Below are positions 24,999 to 38,485 of a stretch of DNA of 64,000 nucleotides, one piece after another. The stretch is from Nemertoderma westbladi. Taxonomy: Eukaryota > Animalia > Xenacoelomorpha. The notes beneath the pieces are model-generated. The model was not told the origin of the DNA and searched no databases. It saw only the letters and a program-made list of their open reading frames with translations. Where the stretch lies: positions 1,331-65,330 of the forward strand of contig JAUCBJ010008054.1 in assembly GCA_032718475.1 (NCBI GenBank), read 5' to 3'. Both the position numbers and the translations under genes were made by a program. How positions within the stretch are numbered: position 1 is the first letter of the stretch; each line of letters begins with the position of its first letter.

Positions 24999-26738
24999 TT
25001 AGTTTATATCTACAGCATCTAGCTTTATCTTTTTCTGTTCTATTGGAGGATAGTGAGCTAATTTTCGTTTTACAATTTCCATCGAATATCTTTTAGAGAC
25101 GTTGGGGGAATCATTAGGGTGAAATAGATTGAGGTGGATCTGCTTGGGGAGGAAAACTGCATCTTTTAGTGTGCGTTTGAGAAAGTTGATGCAACACTCA
25201 ACAGCATAGTTTGAAGGTAGGGTTAATTTGTTTGTTGTCTTCAGGTTGACAATAATTGTTTCTGATGGTGTATGTTGAATGTGTATAAGGGGGGTGAGAT
25301 AGTAATGGGAGGAAGTGGATTGTTGAATGAGATGAAAGTTGGAGAAATCACTCGCTTTTATATTTAAACCATCGGTAAACTGAAACGTAGTTGATTTATA
25401 ATCTTTTTTGATGACAGGCCATATGCCAACATAGGCTTCACCTTTGAATGAATAAATGAAAGCCGCTACTGATTCGTATAAATTAAGACGCTGGTGATTA
25501 GGTAGTTGTAGTTGCTTTGGTTCATAATCACTATTGTTAGCCAATGACTTTAGTTCAGAGAGTGCTTCTCGGGCGCGATCTGTATTGTCAATAGAGAACA
25601 TGTAGTCATAGCGTCTGTCAGAAATTTCAAGGGTTTCGCAGCTGTAAGCGGTATAAATTTTTATTCGATCTGAAATTAATTATTCGTGGTTGACTTCATC
25701 GTAGCATTCGTATCCTTCGACTGCGGAATCGAACCATGAAATTTTAAGAAGTTCATTTCTCGTGAGTAAAAGTGCATCTCTTGTGGAAACAATAACTTTG
25801 TTTGAATCAACCTCAACTCCGCTCGCGATTGCAATGTTTCTTTTATTATTAATATTTGTGATATAACCAAAAGTAGAACTATCGAAAGAAACATAGTTCT
25901 CTGGCTCTAAGACAATGTGCGAGATTGGATTGATGTAAGGATGACAAATGTTTATATAATGTTGTAGTAAAGCAGCCGCGGTGTCTGAGATGGTTAACCA
26001 AACCCCATCTACTGTATCTTCTAGTTGTATTAAATCAATAGGTTTTAGTGGGGATGTTTTCGAATAACGAACAACTTTAAAATTAAAACCAAAATAATGT
26101 GCTTTGCTGTTGTTGTAGAAACAGGTTATTTCATTCAATTGTTCAATAAAAGTTAGTACGTCATATCCAAACAGTTTGAAGAAACGAGATTCATCTTTGA
26201 GGGGATGAATCGAGGCGTTCCAAATAATTAAAAGAATTGAGTTTGAAATATTATGAAAATCAAACAGACACTCACCAACAAAAAAGGAAGCTTTGAGTGT
26301 TGACATACCAAGGAGCTTGTTTGCAGATTCTTGTGTTACATTGCTGTGGATATATTCAACAACTGGTTGAGGTATTACAAATGTTTCTAATGAGGTTGTC
26401 AGATTGAACGTTATATTCGATTCTGATTTGTGCAGTTTGAAACCATGGTTTGCGGAATGAAATTTATCATTATTTAGAGTTTGATATTGACCATCCTTCA
26501 ACTCAAAGCAGGATCGTAGAATGAAATGTGCATAATTTGCTGGAATGAGTTGGGGTTGGTTAGATGAAGTGGTAACCATCATTGGAAAGCGTTTGTTCGA
26601 AGGATCAAAATATAAACCGAAAGAGTTGTCTGAGAGAGATATTTGATTTTCGTTGGAAACAATTTTTACTTGATTTTCGTTGGAAACAATTTTTACTTGA
26701 GGGAAGTTGAACTTTTGAAGGAGTTGAGCTTGAGCCAT
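24999..26738 (-). pseudogene. Single ~580-codon intronless ORF with one internal TAA; contains a PC4-like domain; likely of viral/Polinton origin
   Basis: The 352-aa and 200-aa ORFs are in the same frame, separated only by TAA at 25680-25682 (the 26 codons between them are open); YSFKGEAYVGIW..KKD..GLNIKASDF resembles the PC4 ssDNA-binding motif. Confidence 0.55.
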
Positions 26739-26819
26739 CTTGAAGAAAATATAATATTATGAATAACAATAAATGTATTATAACTTTAAATAAAAAGTAA
26801 AATGGTCGATAATATTTTT

Positions 26820-26975
26820 GTAAGTGAAGTTCAAAGCGATGGATGGGGGTTTATAAGGGAAAGGGTAACCAATGAAAATAAAAGTGAAGCTTGTGGGAAC
26901 CAATAGAAATAAAAAGAGAGAGAGAGAGATGCGCTATTGGGTTGAGGGAATAATAAACACATTTCATTGGGTTAA
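26820..26975 (-). promoter_or_regulatory. Pol II-type core promoter of the 26738 ORF
   Basis: Minus-strand TATAAA at 26855-26850, Inr-like TCACTT with its A at 26825 (30 nt downstream), several CCAAT/ATTGG boxes upstream. Confidence 0.55.
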
Positions 26976-27788
26976 TTAAATGTAAAACATTAGTTAGGAT
27001 GGGAAATGGGATGATTTGAGAAGCGGGGGGTACGCTGGAGAAAAGTGTGTGTGTAATGAATGGGTTGCTGCGTCAGAGTGGGTATGTTAATTAATGTTAC
27101 AGTAGAGCATCTCTGAAATTACTTCAAACAAAAAAAAACTACAGTATCTACTATAGTATAGATATGGATGGGGGTTAATTTGACACGTGGTGTTTGGGTA
27201 GTGGCTTTGTCGTTGAGCTAATACATGCGTGGGGTGGTTCATAAAGTACAATGCGAAAGAATGCAATCTATTGCAAGAGCAGATGTTTATTATAATTTTC
27301 TTAGTCGAATTGACATAGGAGGTTTGAATAATTTAAACTCTGTAGCAGGCCTCATCCACATGTTGACAAGCAGCATAACTCAATAAAGGATTTGATGGTG
27401 GGATTAGTCATACTACATCTAATAAGAGCCCAAGCGGCCGTAGATTATTGAGGGACTGAACCAGGGCCAAACTGGTCCATTTTATTATCGAGTGAGGCTA
27501 ATTTATGTTTTGGGCCCCGTTCTCATCTTTATATTTCATTCTACGTTTACCTTCTACTGTATGACAAAAATAATACAAATGTACTGTATATTGTATTGTA
27601 CGGTTCCTATTGTATTGTACATTTCATTTGCTGTAGTACAATTTATTCATCGCGCGTCCCTATCTGATTGATTTGTATCAAATTAAATTGCCTTTGGCAA
27701 CATTATTTGATACAAATCGATTGATTAAACAATTAATTAATTGTTTAATCGACCAATTAATTAATTGTTTAATTAATTAATGACCTAC

Positions 27789-28440
27789 TTAACACCCAAG
27801 GTGTGAAGTGGGTCCAACTGTCGCCGAGGTGGGCAAACTATTACTACTAATATAATCTTGATTTGGCGATTTCTTATTCATCAAGATTCGTATACAATTG
27901 AAAGTTTCCTCCATGATTCCAACAAATGAAAAGTTACCAAGATCGAATACCCTAGAAATAAGCGTGGTTATTTGCGTTTTCAGCCAAATCTTATATTTAT
28001 TCTTATTATCAATAGTTATTTGAGTTGCTAATGATGGCTCATCTTGACCTTGAACACCATGTATGGCGCCTGCACCAAAGTAACGTAATGGGAATTGTAT
28101 ACGTCTTCCCATTATCGCATTCCTGCCATAACCAACAACTGTAGGAGGGGGCTGTTTATGTTGGGATAATTTAACTGATGGCCATGTAATTGCACTTTCA
28201 GGGTTTATCCGAAGGCATCCTTTAGGGACAACAGCTGCTTCCAGTGTATCATCACAATCAGCTAGCACTTTCGTAAGAATACACAATTGACCAATAGAAA
28301 ATTTAGGTTGCACAGATTGTCTATTATATGTGAAACGGAGGATCTGGTTTAGGAACAGAATCAATTCCTGTGGTTCACGACACGATCTGGTTATAGAATT
28401 GATAATACTAGTTGAATCAGTATCCCTCCAAGAACTATCG
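27789..28440 (-). pseudogene. Pif1-like SF1B helicase C-terminal fragment (Helitron-like element)
   Basis: RRIQFPLRYFGAGAIHGVQGQ (motif V-like) and QITTLISRV..FVG (motif VI-like). Confidence 0.65.
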
Positions 28441-28444
28441 TCTC

Positions 28445-29552
28445 CAGGATTTCCACTACTTACTTGATCATGGCTAGTGATAGCAATTGTCCCAACTTCA
28501 CTCCGGTGATGTAAAAGATAATTTTGTAATACCTCCTGTTCACCAGCCTGAGTTCCTACAACCTTTAGTACATCATTTGGAACATCATCAGAACTATCAA
28601 GAAAATTTCAGCGCCTCTTTAAGATCGCAATCAATTGATCAATCAAATAACCAAATATATAGCAAATAAATACCAAGATCAACAACAAACAGCGAAAGCA
28701 TATAAATCAGTTCCTACAAATGTCTGCTTGTGTTTTCAATGCTGAAAAACGAACAAGAGAATTTGTAGATCAAGCCCCAATTTGTGTTTATTGCAAAACT
28801 GTCAATCATAAATCAGATGATTGTGATGTGGTCCCTGGCATTTCTAAAAGAAAAGAATTGCTCGTAAAATAAGGCCGCTGCTATAATTGTATCAAACTAA
28901 AACATACCAAGGCTTTTTGTAAAAGCCGTGGTCAATGTAAACATTGTAAAGGTAGACATCATAGTTCGATTTGCGAAAATTCTAATAGAATCTCAAACGC
29001 AACAACTTCTGTATCAAATTCCAATAACGATAATTTATGTCTTTCCAGTAATATTTCTAGTGAAGTTTCACAGGCTGAAGCTATGGAAAACGTCATCACC
29101 CACACATCTATAAAGGGAGGACCTCGAGCAGGGATACTACTGTGAACAGCTCGAGTTGATTGTATTAATCCAAAAACTGGAATGACAATGCTGGTTCGGG
29201 TATTCTTTGATCCAGGAAGTCATCAATCTTACATAGTAGAGAGGGTTCACTGTGAGTTGGAACTACAAAGCATTGATAAGGTTAATATTAATATTAATAC
29301 ATTTATGTCGGAACAATTTGAGCATAAACAACTAAACCTTGTGGAATGCATTTTAAAGAAAGAAAATTTTGAGATTTCAATAAATGTCTTGCGCGTCCCA
29401 ATAATTTGCTCCACTTTAACTCAAGGCAATGCCAACTTAATCTGTCCATATTATTCACATCTTGCCAGTTTAGACTTAGCCGACAGTGGAGATTTACCAA
29501 TTGGTGATAACATCGATATTTTAATAGGAATGGACTATTACTGGGATATTGT
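28445..29552 (+). pseudogene. BEL/Pao gag zinc knuckles plus aspartic protease, degraded
   Basis: CVYCKTVNHKSDDC..CYNCIKLKHTKAFC..CKHCKGRHHSSIC and VRVFFDPGSHQSYI..IDILIGMDYYW. Confidence 0.85.
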
Positions 29553-31927
29553 GGGATATTGTATCAGAACATATGAAATTAAGATTATTTTTCAAAAATT
29601 CTTTTACTATAAATAATTACTTTAATTTTTATCTATTTTTCGCCCCACCCCAATGGGTATATAATGGCTATAAGTTTGGTACAATTTCAAAGCATTTTAT
29701 ACTTGGGTTGTTTGGCGTGGACGTGGTGTGGTGTTCTAGAATATCGAAAAAAAAATGAAGAGAGCTGCTGAGCTAGATTTAAGAAGACGGTTGAACCGAG
29801 CCCGAATTTCACGTCAGGCAAAAGAGACTTACCGCTGCGCCGGTACTTCACTTTCCGTTCACTAGTAGCCAAGGTATTGTATATGGCCTAAGAAATTCTG
29901 AAAAAAAAAGAAAGAAAGAGAATCTCTAAGAAAGAGATTCTGCCTAAGAAATTCAAGGATACAGTAATAATGCTGTAGCAATAGTACTTTCAAATATTGT
30001 TTTGCTGCTTGCTTGTTTTTATTAGAAATTATACAGATAATACAAACAAAACAAACACAAACTAAACTTGCTCAGCTATTAGCACGCGCTCTCGTTCCAT
30101 TTTCATTATAAAATAGGTTACATGTTATTTTTATTAATTATATTATATATTTTATTAATTGGGACCCAGAGTCAATGGCAGTCAACCATTATCTCAGGTG
30201 GACACATCATAGCAGTTGCCACTTCTTCCCATGGTTTAAATTAAATAACCTCCCTATCTATATTTATCTATTTCAACTTCGGGTGCAGGATTCCTAGACT
30301 TACTTAAAAACGTTATGCAAAACTTACTGCTAATTTTACGATATATTGTTTCTTCCAACACATCTATCTACCTTTAAGAAGAATACATGTTGAAGTATGA
30401 AGTATTATTATCTGCGTTGAGGAGATTGATTCACTGCATCTTGCTGTACTGGTTTCTTATTCTAAGGGTGCATATGGTATTTCTGTTCAAATATAAGCTA
30501 GGTCATTGGGGTATGAGTATTGGCCTCCCCTGAAGCCAAATTATCACTTGATACTGTTGTATCTGTATCCATCAGCAGCATCAGCAATGGTAGTAACTGC
30601 ACCCATGCTGTGATTTATTTATTAAATTTATAACTATTGGATCATGTTCTTCTACAGCAGTGCCTTTTGTATCAGAAAGTTTTGCTTTCTTTGTGTCATT
30701 CATGATCATGTAGTCTTACAATTATATAATACTTAGCCGACTTGCCAGAAGGTAACTTTGTTTTTGCACTGGTAACTCGCAAACAATTCCAAACAAAGAT
30801 AAGAAAAATTAAATTTAAGAAAAGTCCGCGGACGACCGGCTAATTGGAGGGCTGAAGGTTAAAAAACACTCTATTAATGTTACCGAACTGAACTTTTTTA
30901 AATAAATATTATTTGTGAATATTTTAGAAACTAAAGGTGTCTGTCTCCAATTTTTGAAAATAATTTTGTGTCATTGATTTTATAATCTTGAGAACCCGAG
31001 ATTCAAATGAAATGTGTCCATCTTGTAAGGCTTAAAAATTTCAGGGGTAATATAAACATTAATAACTTAGAAGCAAATTACATAATAATAATTGTACACA
31101 TGTACAGTAGTACAGTACAGTCAGTAGAGTAGAGACAGTGTGCACAGAAATGTAATCACATAACTTAGTCAATATATGGTAATAGTTCAATAACTACGAA
31201 ATACAACAGTACCGTTAGTGGACAGGAAAAGATAAAACGTTTCAAAAGGTGGAGTTTTACACAGGTTAAAAGGCAATAAGTTTACTGTTTTGGGTAGAAA
31301 GAATGCATTACATTGATAGAAATATTAGTTTATAATACTGTAAGCACATACCGGTAGACCTATTAAATTATATTGATAAACAAGTACGGTACTAAGCCTA
31401 CTTCAATGTACACATAATAGCATAATACTGCTGTAGGCCGGCCAACTGTAATAACAAAATACACATAACTGCATAAGATATTATTATACGTAATATTTGA
31501 TTTAATGATAACAGGATAATAGGATATAAGAAGCTATTGCTTATAAAACCCGTACACTCTAGCCTATAAATAAAATTAACTAACAGTAGACTATAAAATT
31601 AACTAACAGTAGGCTATAAAACTAACAAACAGTAGGCTAAGATTACTGCATTATATACTGTTATAATATGTAAACTGCCGAACTGGATATGTACGAAATG
31701 ATACTGGAAAACTGCTGTTCTGCAGTACTGTGTGTGTACCGTACCGCAGTACCATACCGCATTACCATACGTATATATTCTACTTTTATTAAGTAACAGT
31801 ACCGGCGTCGTAATATAATAATATCTGTAGGCCTAGGTTTACTTATAAAAATACGTCGTAATATAATAATATCTGTAGGCCTAGGTTTACTTATAAAAAT
31901 AACAGTTAATGAGCCTGTACATCTGGA

Positions 31928-33264
31928 TTATTCTGGATCTGGTGACGAATCAACGGCAGCTTCGGGATCAGCATATAGCGGTACATCTAGCGGCGCATCA
32001 GCAGCTTCGGGATCAGCTTGTAACGGTACCACTGGTGGCGCATCGGGATCAGCTTGTAATGGTAACTCTAGCGGCGCATCAGCAGCTTCGGGATCAGCCT
32101 GTAGCGGTACCTCTGGTGGCGCATCACCAGCATCGGGACCCAAAACATCAGGAACTGGGGCGACCTGAATTATCGGGACCAGTCGAGGTTGTAGAACATG
32201 AACCACAGGAACGAGAGGGGCGGCACGGCGATATTTCATGTTCTCAACATTAACGGGGTTGGATGGCTTCAACGTTGATATGTGAAGCTCATTCACAGCG
32301 CTGGTAGTAGCGTCCTCCTTCGATACTGCGCACTTGTACCAGCCCGTGACTGTCCAACCACTGCCATTATTCACAGCTGCAGCAATGCCGCGGATGGATT
32401 GCCTTAACCCATCTTCGTCAATGAGGGAGGGTGGCAGATTCAGCGACTGAGATGAAACAAATAATTTAGTAAGACTCCAACTTACGTAAGCCATTCCAAA
32501 ATCTATGATGTCGTTGTTAAAGCACCGCACTCGCAACGACAACGCCCATCCGCCAACTTACGTAAGCCATTCCAAAATCTATGATGTTGTTGTTAAAGCA
32601 CAGGCAATCGCAATGACAACGCCCATCCGCGTTCCTGTGGTTTTGTCACGCAAACACATTGACTGACGGGTCCCAGCTCCTCCCGCCTGTCACAGAGCCA
32701 ACCGCCACACGTTGGCGACACCACGCGGCCGCAGTCCAACCTTAGATTCAAATTCCTCAAAAGGAATTGCTGAAATCCAACCTTCCCTTCCAAGGATAAG
32801 TGGAAGGGAGGAAGGAATAGCAGCCGCGGGTGTGGCGGGGAGGAGCGGGTAGAAGGTAACTACCACAGGGTTATCCATGTCGTTACCAAGGAACCTGGTT
32901 CCTTTATTGCAACGACTGAGCCGATTGTAAATTCTTTATACTTCAGAACTTTAGCTGATTCCCGCGAATTAGCCGATTCCCGCGAATTATCCGTAAACAT
33001 AAAAAAGCACCTCGACTCAGCCAAATCTCCCATAACAAACATTCTATCATAAATGGGTTCCTTTATGGTCCTCTTTGTCCCGGAAATCTCGGGTTCCTTT
33101 ATGGCCCTCTTCGTCCCGGAAATCTTAACAGTTTTGTATTTGTCTATTGCTGCTGACGGCCTGGTTAGAATTGTAGCGAATAGTCTATTCCCTTCAGGAG
33201 AGAACTCAATATCGTTAGAATTCTCTTGCAACTGGGCTAGGGTTATAACTTCGATTTGCGCCAT
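31928..33264 (-). pseudogene. Uncharacterised OB-fold/Zn-like protein with an acidic Pro/Ala repeat tail, frameshifted
   Basis: Four consecutive ORF pieces join into one protein: YDRMFVMGDL..IGSVVAIKEP..CGGWLCDRR..CVC..GWTVTGWYK..LHISTLKP; internal tandem duplications break the frame. Confidence 0.5.
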
Positions 33265-33776
33265 ATAAAAATATTATTATTAAAATATATAATCTATACA
33301 CAACACCACCAGCGTAGTAAATTGTTGTGTGATTTTAAAAATATACAAAAAAAATATTAATAAAAGAAATTATTAGTATTCAGAGTTATTTTATTAATTA
33401 TTTGCTGAAGACAGTTCGGCAAGAGGTGGGACAGCGGGACATTTGAGAGAGTGTTACCTTGTTAAAAATTATTTACATACCGGTACATTTAATGTTTTCA
33501 TACAATGTATTTCAAATAGGTGAGGAGTTGAGGAAGTTCGACATTTCCTCTAGGCCCGGCTCTGCACCTTTCTTCTCCCGGGTGGAGAAGGCGATCTTCC
33601 TCAATTACAATTACACAAAGTGTATACTGTAGCATGAGATAAGTTTGCTCTCAGTGCATTTGATGATAAACTTTATTGGGTTAATAAAAATCATTCGCTT
33701 CCCTGGGGTCACTATCAAACAAAGGTTGAAAAACCGATAAAAAAAAACAATATACCTATTTATCGGGAGCCAAACA

Positions 33777-34331
33777 ATGAACTATCAGATAGTCAATAAG
33801 AATGTAAGTTGCCAGCAAGTGTCAGTGATTAATTTGAAAGAATTAAAAAATCAATTATCTGGTAAACACATACTCAAACCAAATCAGTTTATATATAAGA
33901 TATTTGGTGCCACATTATTAATATTTAAAAATGGTCGTATTACATTATTAGGTAATAAGTATAATTTCCAAAAAGTAAAAAAGCATATATTTGATAAAAC
34001 TAGTATTAATTTGATTTTAAAATCTGTTAATTTATGTACTTATATTTTTAGTATTAAGTCTGTAGTCTATAGGTTATTGATAAACAATACCGGGTTTTAT
34101 GTTGTCTTTGATAATGTGCAACTTCAAGTTATATATGAACCTGAAATTTTTAATAATTGCAAAATAAGAATAAATAATACCGTAGTCATTTGCTGCTTTC
34201 ATACAGGTAAATGTACTTTAATGTGTTCACCTAGCAAATTTCACATTTATTACCCTATATTTAGTAAACTTGTTAATTATTTATTAATGTTTGGTGTTGT
34301 GACTTTAGGTGTAGAATATATTGGTGATTAG
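33777..34331 (+). CDS. Divergent TATA-binding-protein-like (TBP fold) protein, intronless, 184 aa
   Basis: Two TBP-type repeats: IVN..S..INLKEL..PNQF..LLIFKNGRITLLG and VN..YEPEIF..CFHTGKCTL; length matches a bare TBP core. Confidence 0.75.
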   Translation: MNYQIVNKNVSCQQVSVINLKELKNQLSGKHILKPNQFIYKIFGATLLIFKNGRITLLGNKYNFQKVKKHIFDKTSINLILKSVNLCTYIFSIKSVVYRLLINNTGFYVVFDNVQLQVIYEPEIFNNCKIRINNTVVICCFHTGKCTLMCSPSKFHIYYPIFSKLVNYLLMFGVVTLGVEYIGD

Positions 34332-36764
34332 AAGGTGAAAATTAAACATTATTATTTTTCAATCAATCTATCGGTAGTTAGGGAAAACTAACCTCGTTTG
34401 AATAAGTATGACTCTCACTGGCTGACTGCGTGCCTAGCCGGCAGTAGCTGCGTGGCTGGCTGGCTGACTGGTTGGCTGATTGGCTGGCTGCGAGGCTGAC
34501 TGCGTGCCGCGAGGCTGACTGCGTGCCGCGAGGCTGACTGCGTGACTAGCTGCGAGGGTGGCTGGGTGGCTGCGAGGTGGACCGCATCCTAGCAACATGG
34601 GTGACTGCGCGCACATCCGATTGTAACTGGCTCACGATATTGTATACAATGGTTTAGTTTGTTACTGCGGGTGCTGTTACATTAATACTGTGGTACCGGT
34701 ACTGCGGTACAATGCTAATAAAAGGAAATCAACATGTTGTATCTGACTATACTATTACAACAACAACAACGACAGTATCTGATTGTAACTTGCTCACGAT
34801 ATTGTATACAATGGCTTAGTTTGTTACTACAGGTACTGTTACCCCTGCTAACCAGACACGCTACACGCTATTATACCAAACGTTTGTTTATATGCTTGAA
34901 TCATGTTGACATGTTTTTTTTCTAAACTTGTTTTAATCAACATGTTATTTTAACATCTAAATAACATAATATCCAATCATGTTATAATCAAACATTTGTT
35001 GATCACGTTTTTATGATACCTAAATGTAACATGTTTTATCATGTAATTATTTAACATTTGTTTTACACGTTATTGTGTAACATAAATCATACATGTTTAT
35101 TCCAGCTGTTTGTTAAATGCTACTTTGTCGTGTTGAACAAACATCCTGCACATCATTGCCAATATGTCTTAAGGCTGTTTGAATAAACCGCCTAAAATTT
35201 ACCGCCAAATTCGTTTATAGGCCTATAAATCATGCAGCAGTGCATGCAGTACTGCAGTACATCAGTCAGTCAGTAGACACTCCACTGCCTGCCCCAGCCT
35301 ACCAGCACCCACTCAGCCACATTCTGAGAGCTTGACAGTAGTGCTGCAGGTAGGCAGTGTGTAGGCCAGCTGTTTACTGGTTTAAGTGCTGCAATAGGGT
35401 TGACCATACTCTGACAGTCTGATACTGCCATATGTTTGTTTACTGCCGTATGCCTATATTAACTGTTTAAGTTATTTTTAATTAAGCTTCATACTGCCTG
35501 ACTGTCATATAAACTGATAAATCTTTTTATATTATACATTCAGACATTATATGTTATATAGGCCTACATAACATATATAATACATAATACTGTAATATAT
35601 GTCATATACATTATATATTATTTATGTACATTATATAGGCCTAGCAGCCTAGCCTAATTGTATTGTAATACCAGAATACAGTAATATGTCTGTATGTAAT
35701 GCAGTCAGGCAGTGCAGTGCCAGTAATTCGATGACGACGACAGTTTAGATTGGGCTCTGTCTTCCTGGCGCTGGTTGGTCGAAACAACAGGCAAGCGGCA
35801 AGGGCTGCACTGGCAGACTGGCTGACTGGAAAAATATTATGGCCTCCTCGAAATGCCGGCCTACTACCGGTACAGTGGTACGTTGGAAAGAATTTTCGAA
35901 TCCAGATCTTCTGTCAACTCCACATTTAATGCGAAGGTTCTTCACTTAACAGGTTTGTATTGAACTTGAATAGGCTTCTTACACATCGTTATTTCAGTGA
36001 TTCAAGTGATTAAAATCCTAATCCTGTAATCTATTTGGATCAAATAGAGGGAAAAAGTGCCGGCGGTCGGAAGTAAATTACACATGCCAGCATGCGGTCC
36101 CAGGCAGCCAGCTAAAGATACGCATCAGATTCTGGCGATGAGGTTATTATTTTACTTACTACTACTGTACTAGGCATTGCTGTTAGGTTAGGCCAACTTG
36201 GTACTTTGGGCCGTTTATAAATCGTCAGATCGTGCATATGCTTAAACTGTAATTTAAAATAAAACATGCCTTACTCTGGCTATCTATGGTAGGTAAGTAA
36301 ATGTTTGCTTTATTTTTTACTCATTTCCTCTTTATAAACCAGTCCCCAGTGCAGTGGTAATGTGAAACAGTCTGTGATGGGTTGTGGTGACTTGTGCACG
36401 TTGATCTAATTGCTCCAATGCTATATGTATATATATTATTATCATTTTAGGTGGAATATATGAGCGACAATGAATCCAATCATGTTTCCAATACGATACT
36501 CACACTGATTACCCAGACAACTAACAATACGTTGATCATTGATACTCAGAGGTGAGTTGTGATACCGCCTCTCCCTCTATCTACAACCTAACCCTATTCT
36601 AAGACAACACTAAACTCTAGACTTACCTAACCAAACCCTTTCACCAAGCTACCACTATATATCCCATGGCGATATTTTCTCGAAATATTTTCCAGTCTCG
36701 ATGTTTTATATATCGAGACGCTTTTTTATACTTTTGGAAGCAGAGACAGAAGTTGGGCGAGACA

Positions 36765-38315
36765 GAAGTCACAGCCACTCAAAGCTATGTTACAACCACT
36801 CAATGCTATGTCACAGTCACTCAACGCTATCTCACAGGCGCTCAATGCCATGTCACAGCCAATCAACGCTAGCCACCCAACGCTATGTCACAGCCAATCA
36901 ACGCTATGTCACAGCCACTCAATGCTATGCCACAGCCACCCAACGCTATGTCACAGTCACCCAACGCTATGTCACAGCCAATCAACGCTAGCCACCCAAC
37001 GCTATGTCACAGCCACTCAAAGCTATGTCACAGCCACTCAACGCTATGTCACAGCCAATCAACGCTATGTCACAGCCACTCAATGCTATGCCACATCCAC
37101 CCAACGCTATGTCACAGCCGCTCAATGCTATGTCACAGCCACTCAACGCTATGTCACAGCCAATCAACGCTAGCCACCCAACGCTATGTCACATCCAATC
37201 AACGCTATGCCACAGCCACTCAATGATATGTCACAGCCGCTCAATGCTTTGTCACAGCCACTCAAAGCTATGTCACAGCCACTCAACGCTATGTCACAGC
37301 CAATCAACGCTATGTCACAGCCACTCAATGCTATGCCACAGCCACCCAACGCTATGTCACAGCCGCTCAATGCTATGTCACAGCCGCTCAATGCTTTGTC
37401 ACAGCCACTCAAAGCTATGTCACAGCCACTCAACGCTATGTCACAGTTACTCAACGCTATGTCACAGCCACTCAACGCTATGTCACAGCCAATCAACGCT
37501 AGCCACCCAACGCTATGTCACAGCCAATCAACGCTATGTCACAGCCACTCAATGATATGTCACAGCCGCTCAATGCTTTGTCACAGCCACTCAAAGCTAT
37601 GTCACAGCCAAGCCACTCAACGCTATGTCACAGCCAATCAATGCTATGTCACAGCCACTCAATGCTATGCCACAGCCACCCAACGCTATGTCACAGCCGC
37701 TCAATGCTATGTCACAGCCACTCAACGCTATGTCACAGCCAATCAACGCTAGCCACCCAACGCTATGTCACAGCCAATCAACGCTATGTCACAGCCACTC
37801 AATGATATGTCACAGCCGCTCAATGCTTTGTCACAGCCACTCAAAGCTATGTCACAGCCACTCAAAGCTATGTCACAGCCACTCAACGCTATGTCACAGC
37901 CAATCAACGCTATGTCACACCACTCAATGCTATGCCACAGCCACCCAACGCTACGTCACAGCCGCTCAATGCTATGTCACAGCCGCTCAATGCGTCACAA
38001 CCGCTCAATGCTTTGTCACAGCCACTCAAAGCTATGTCACAGCCACTCAACGCTATGTCACAGTTACTCAACGCTATGTCACAGCCACTCAACGCTATGT
38101 CACAGCCAATCAACGCTAGCCACCCAACGCTATGTCACAGCTAATCAACGCTATGCCACAGCCACTCAATGCTATGCCACAGCCACCCAACGCTATGTCA
38201 CAGTCACCCAACGCTGGCCACCCATCGCTGGCCACCCAACGCTGTGTCACAGTCACCCAACGCTGGCCACCCATCGCTGGCCACCCAACGCTATGTCACA
38301 GCGACAGCCACTCAA
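36765..38315. repeat. 21-bp minisatellite (GCCACTCAACGCTATGTCACA), about 70 units with higher-order variants
   Basis: Direct tandem array with periodic truncated units (AACGCTAGCCACCC). Confidence 0.95.
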
Positions 38316-38485
38316 CAATTCCCCATTTATTTTTATTTAGGTTTACATCTAGTAGATAATTTATTGTAGATGATGAAGTCTTAGTCTAATATAATCGTAG
38401 TCCGAGCCTTATATTTTTTTAACACATAAATAAATTAATTTTCCAGATCCAAGATACGGGAAAGTTATTCCACTTTGCTAGCAAC

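Noticed and set aside
27300-27520. Possible GIY-YIG remnant after the helicase (NLRPLGLL)
   Set aside because: Too short and degraded to support
29640-30862. piggyBac-like end (GAAGG-TTAA at about 30858) with possible transposase remnants
   Set aside because: Only one terminus is seen and there is no convincing protein motif
33398-33545. Possible RING-finger remnant on the minus strand (HLFEIHC...RCPTSCR)
   Set aside because: Requires an implausible 23-nt intron or a frameshift, and lacks the N-terminal cysteines
36666-38369. Many MSQPLNA/LCHSHST/QRYVTAT ORFs
   Set aside because: Artefacts of a stop-free 21-bp minisatellite that is open in all frames, with frequent frame-breaking units
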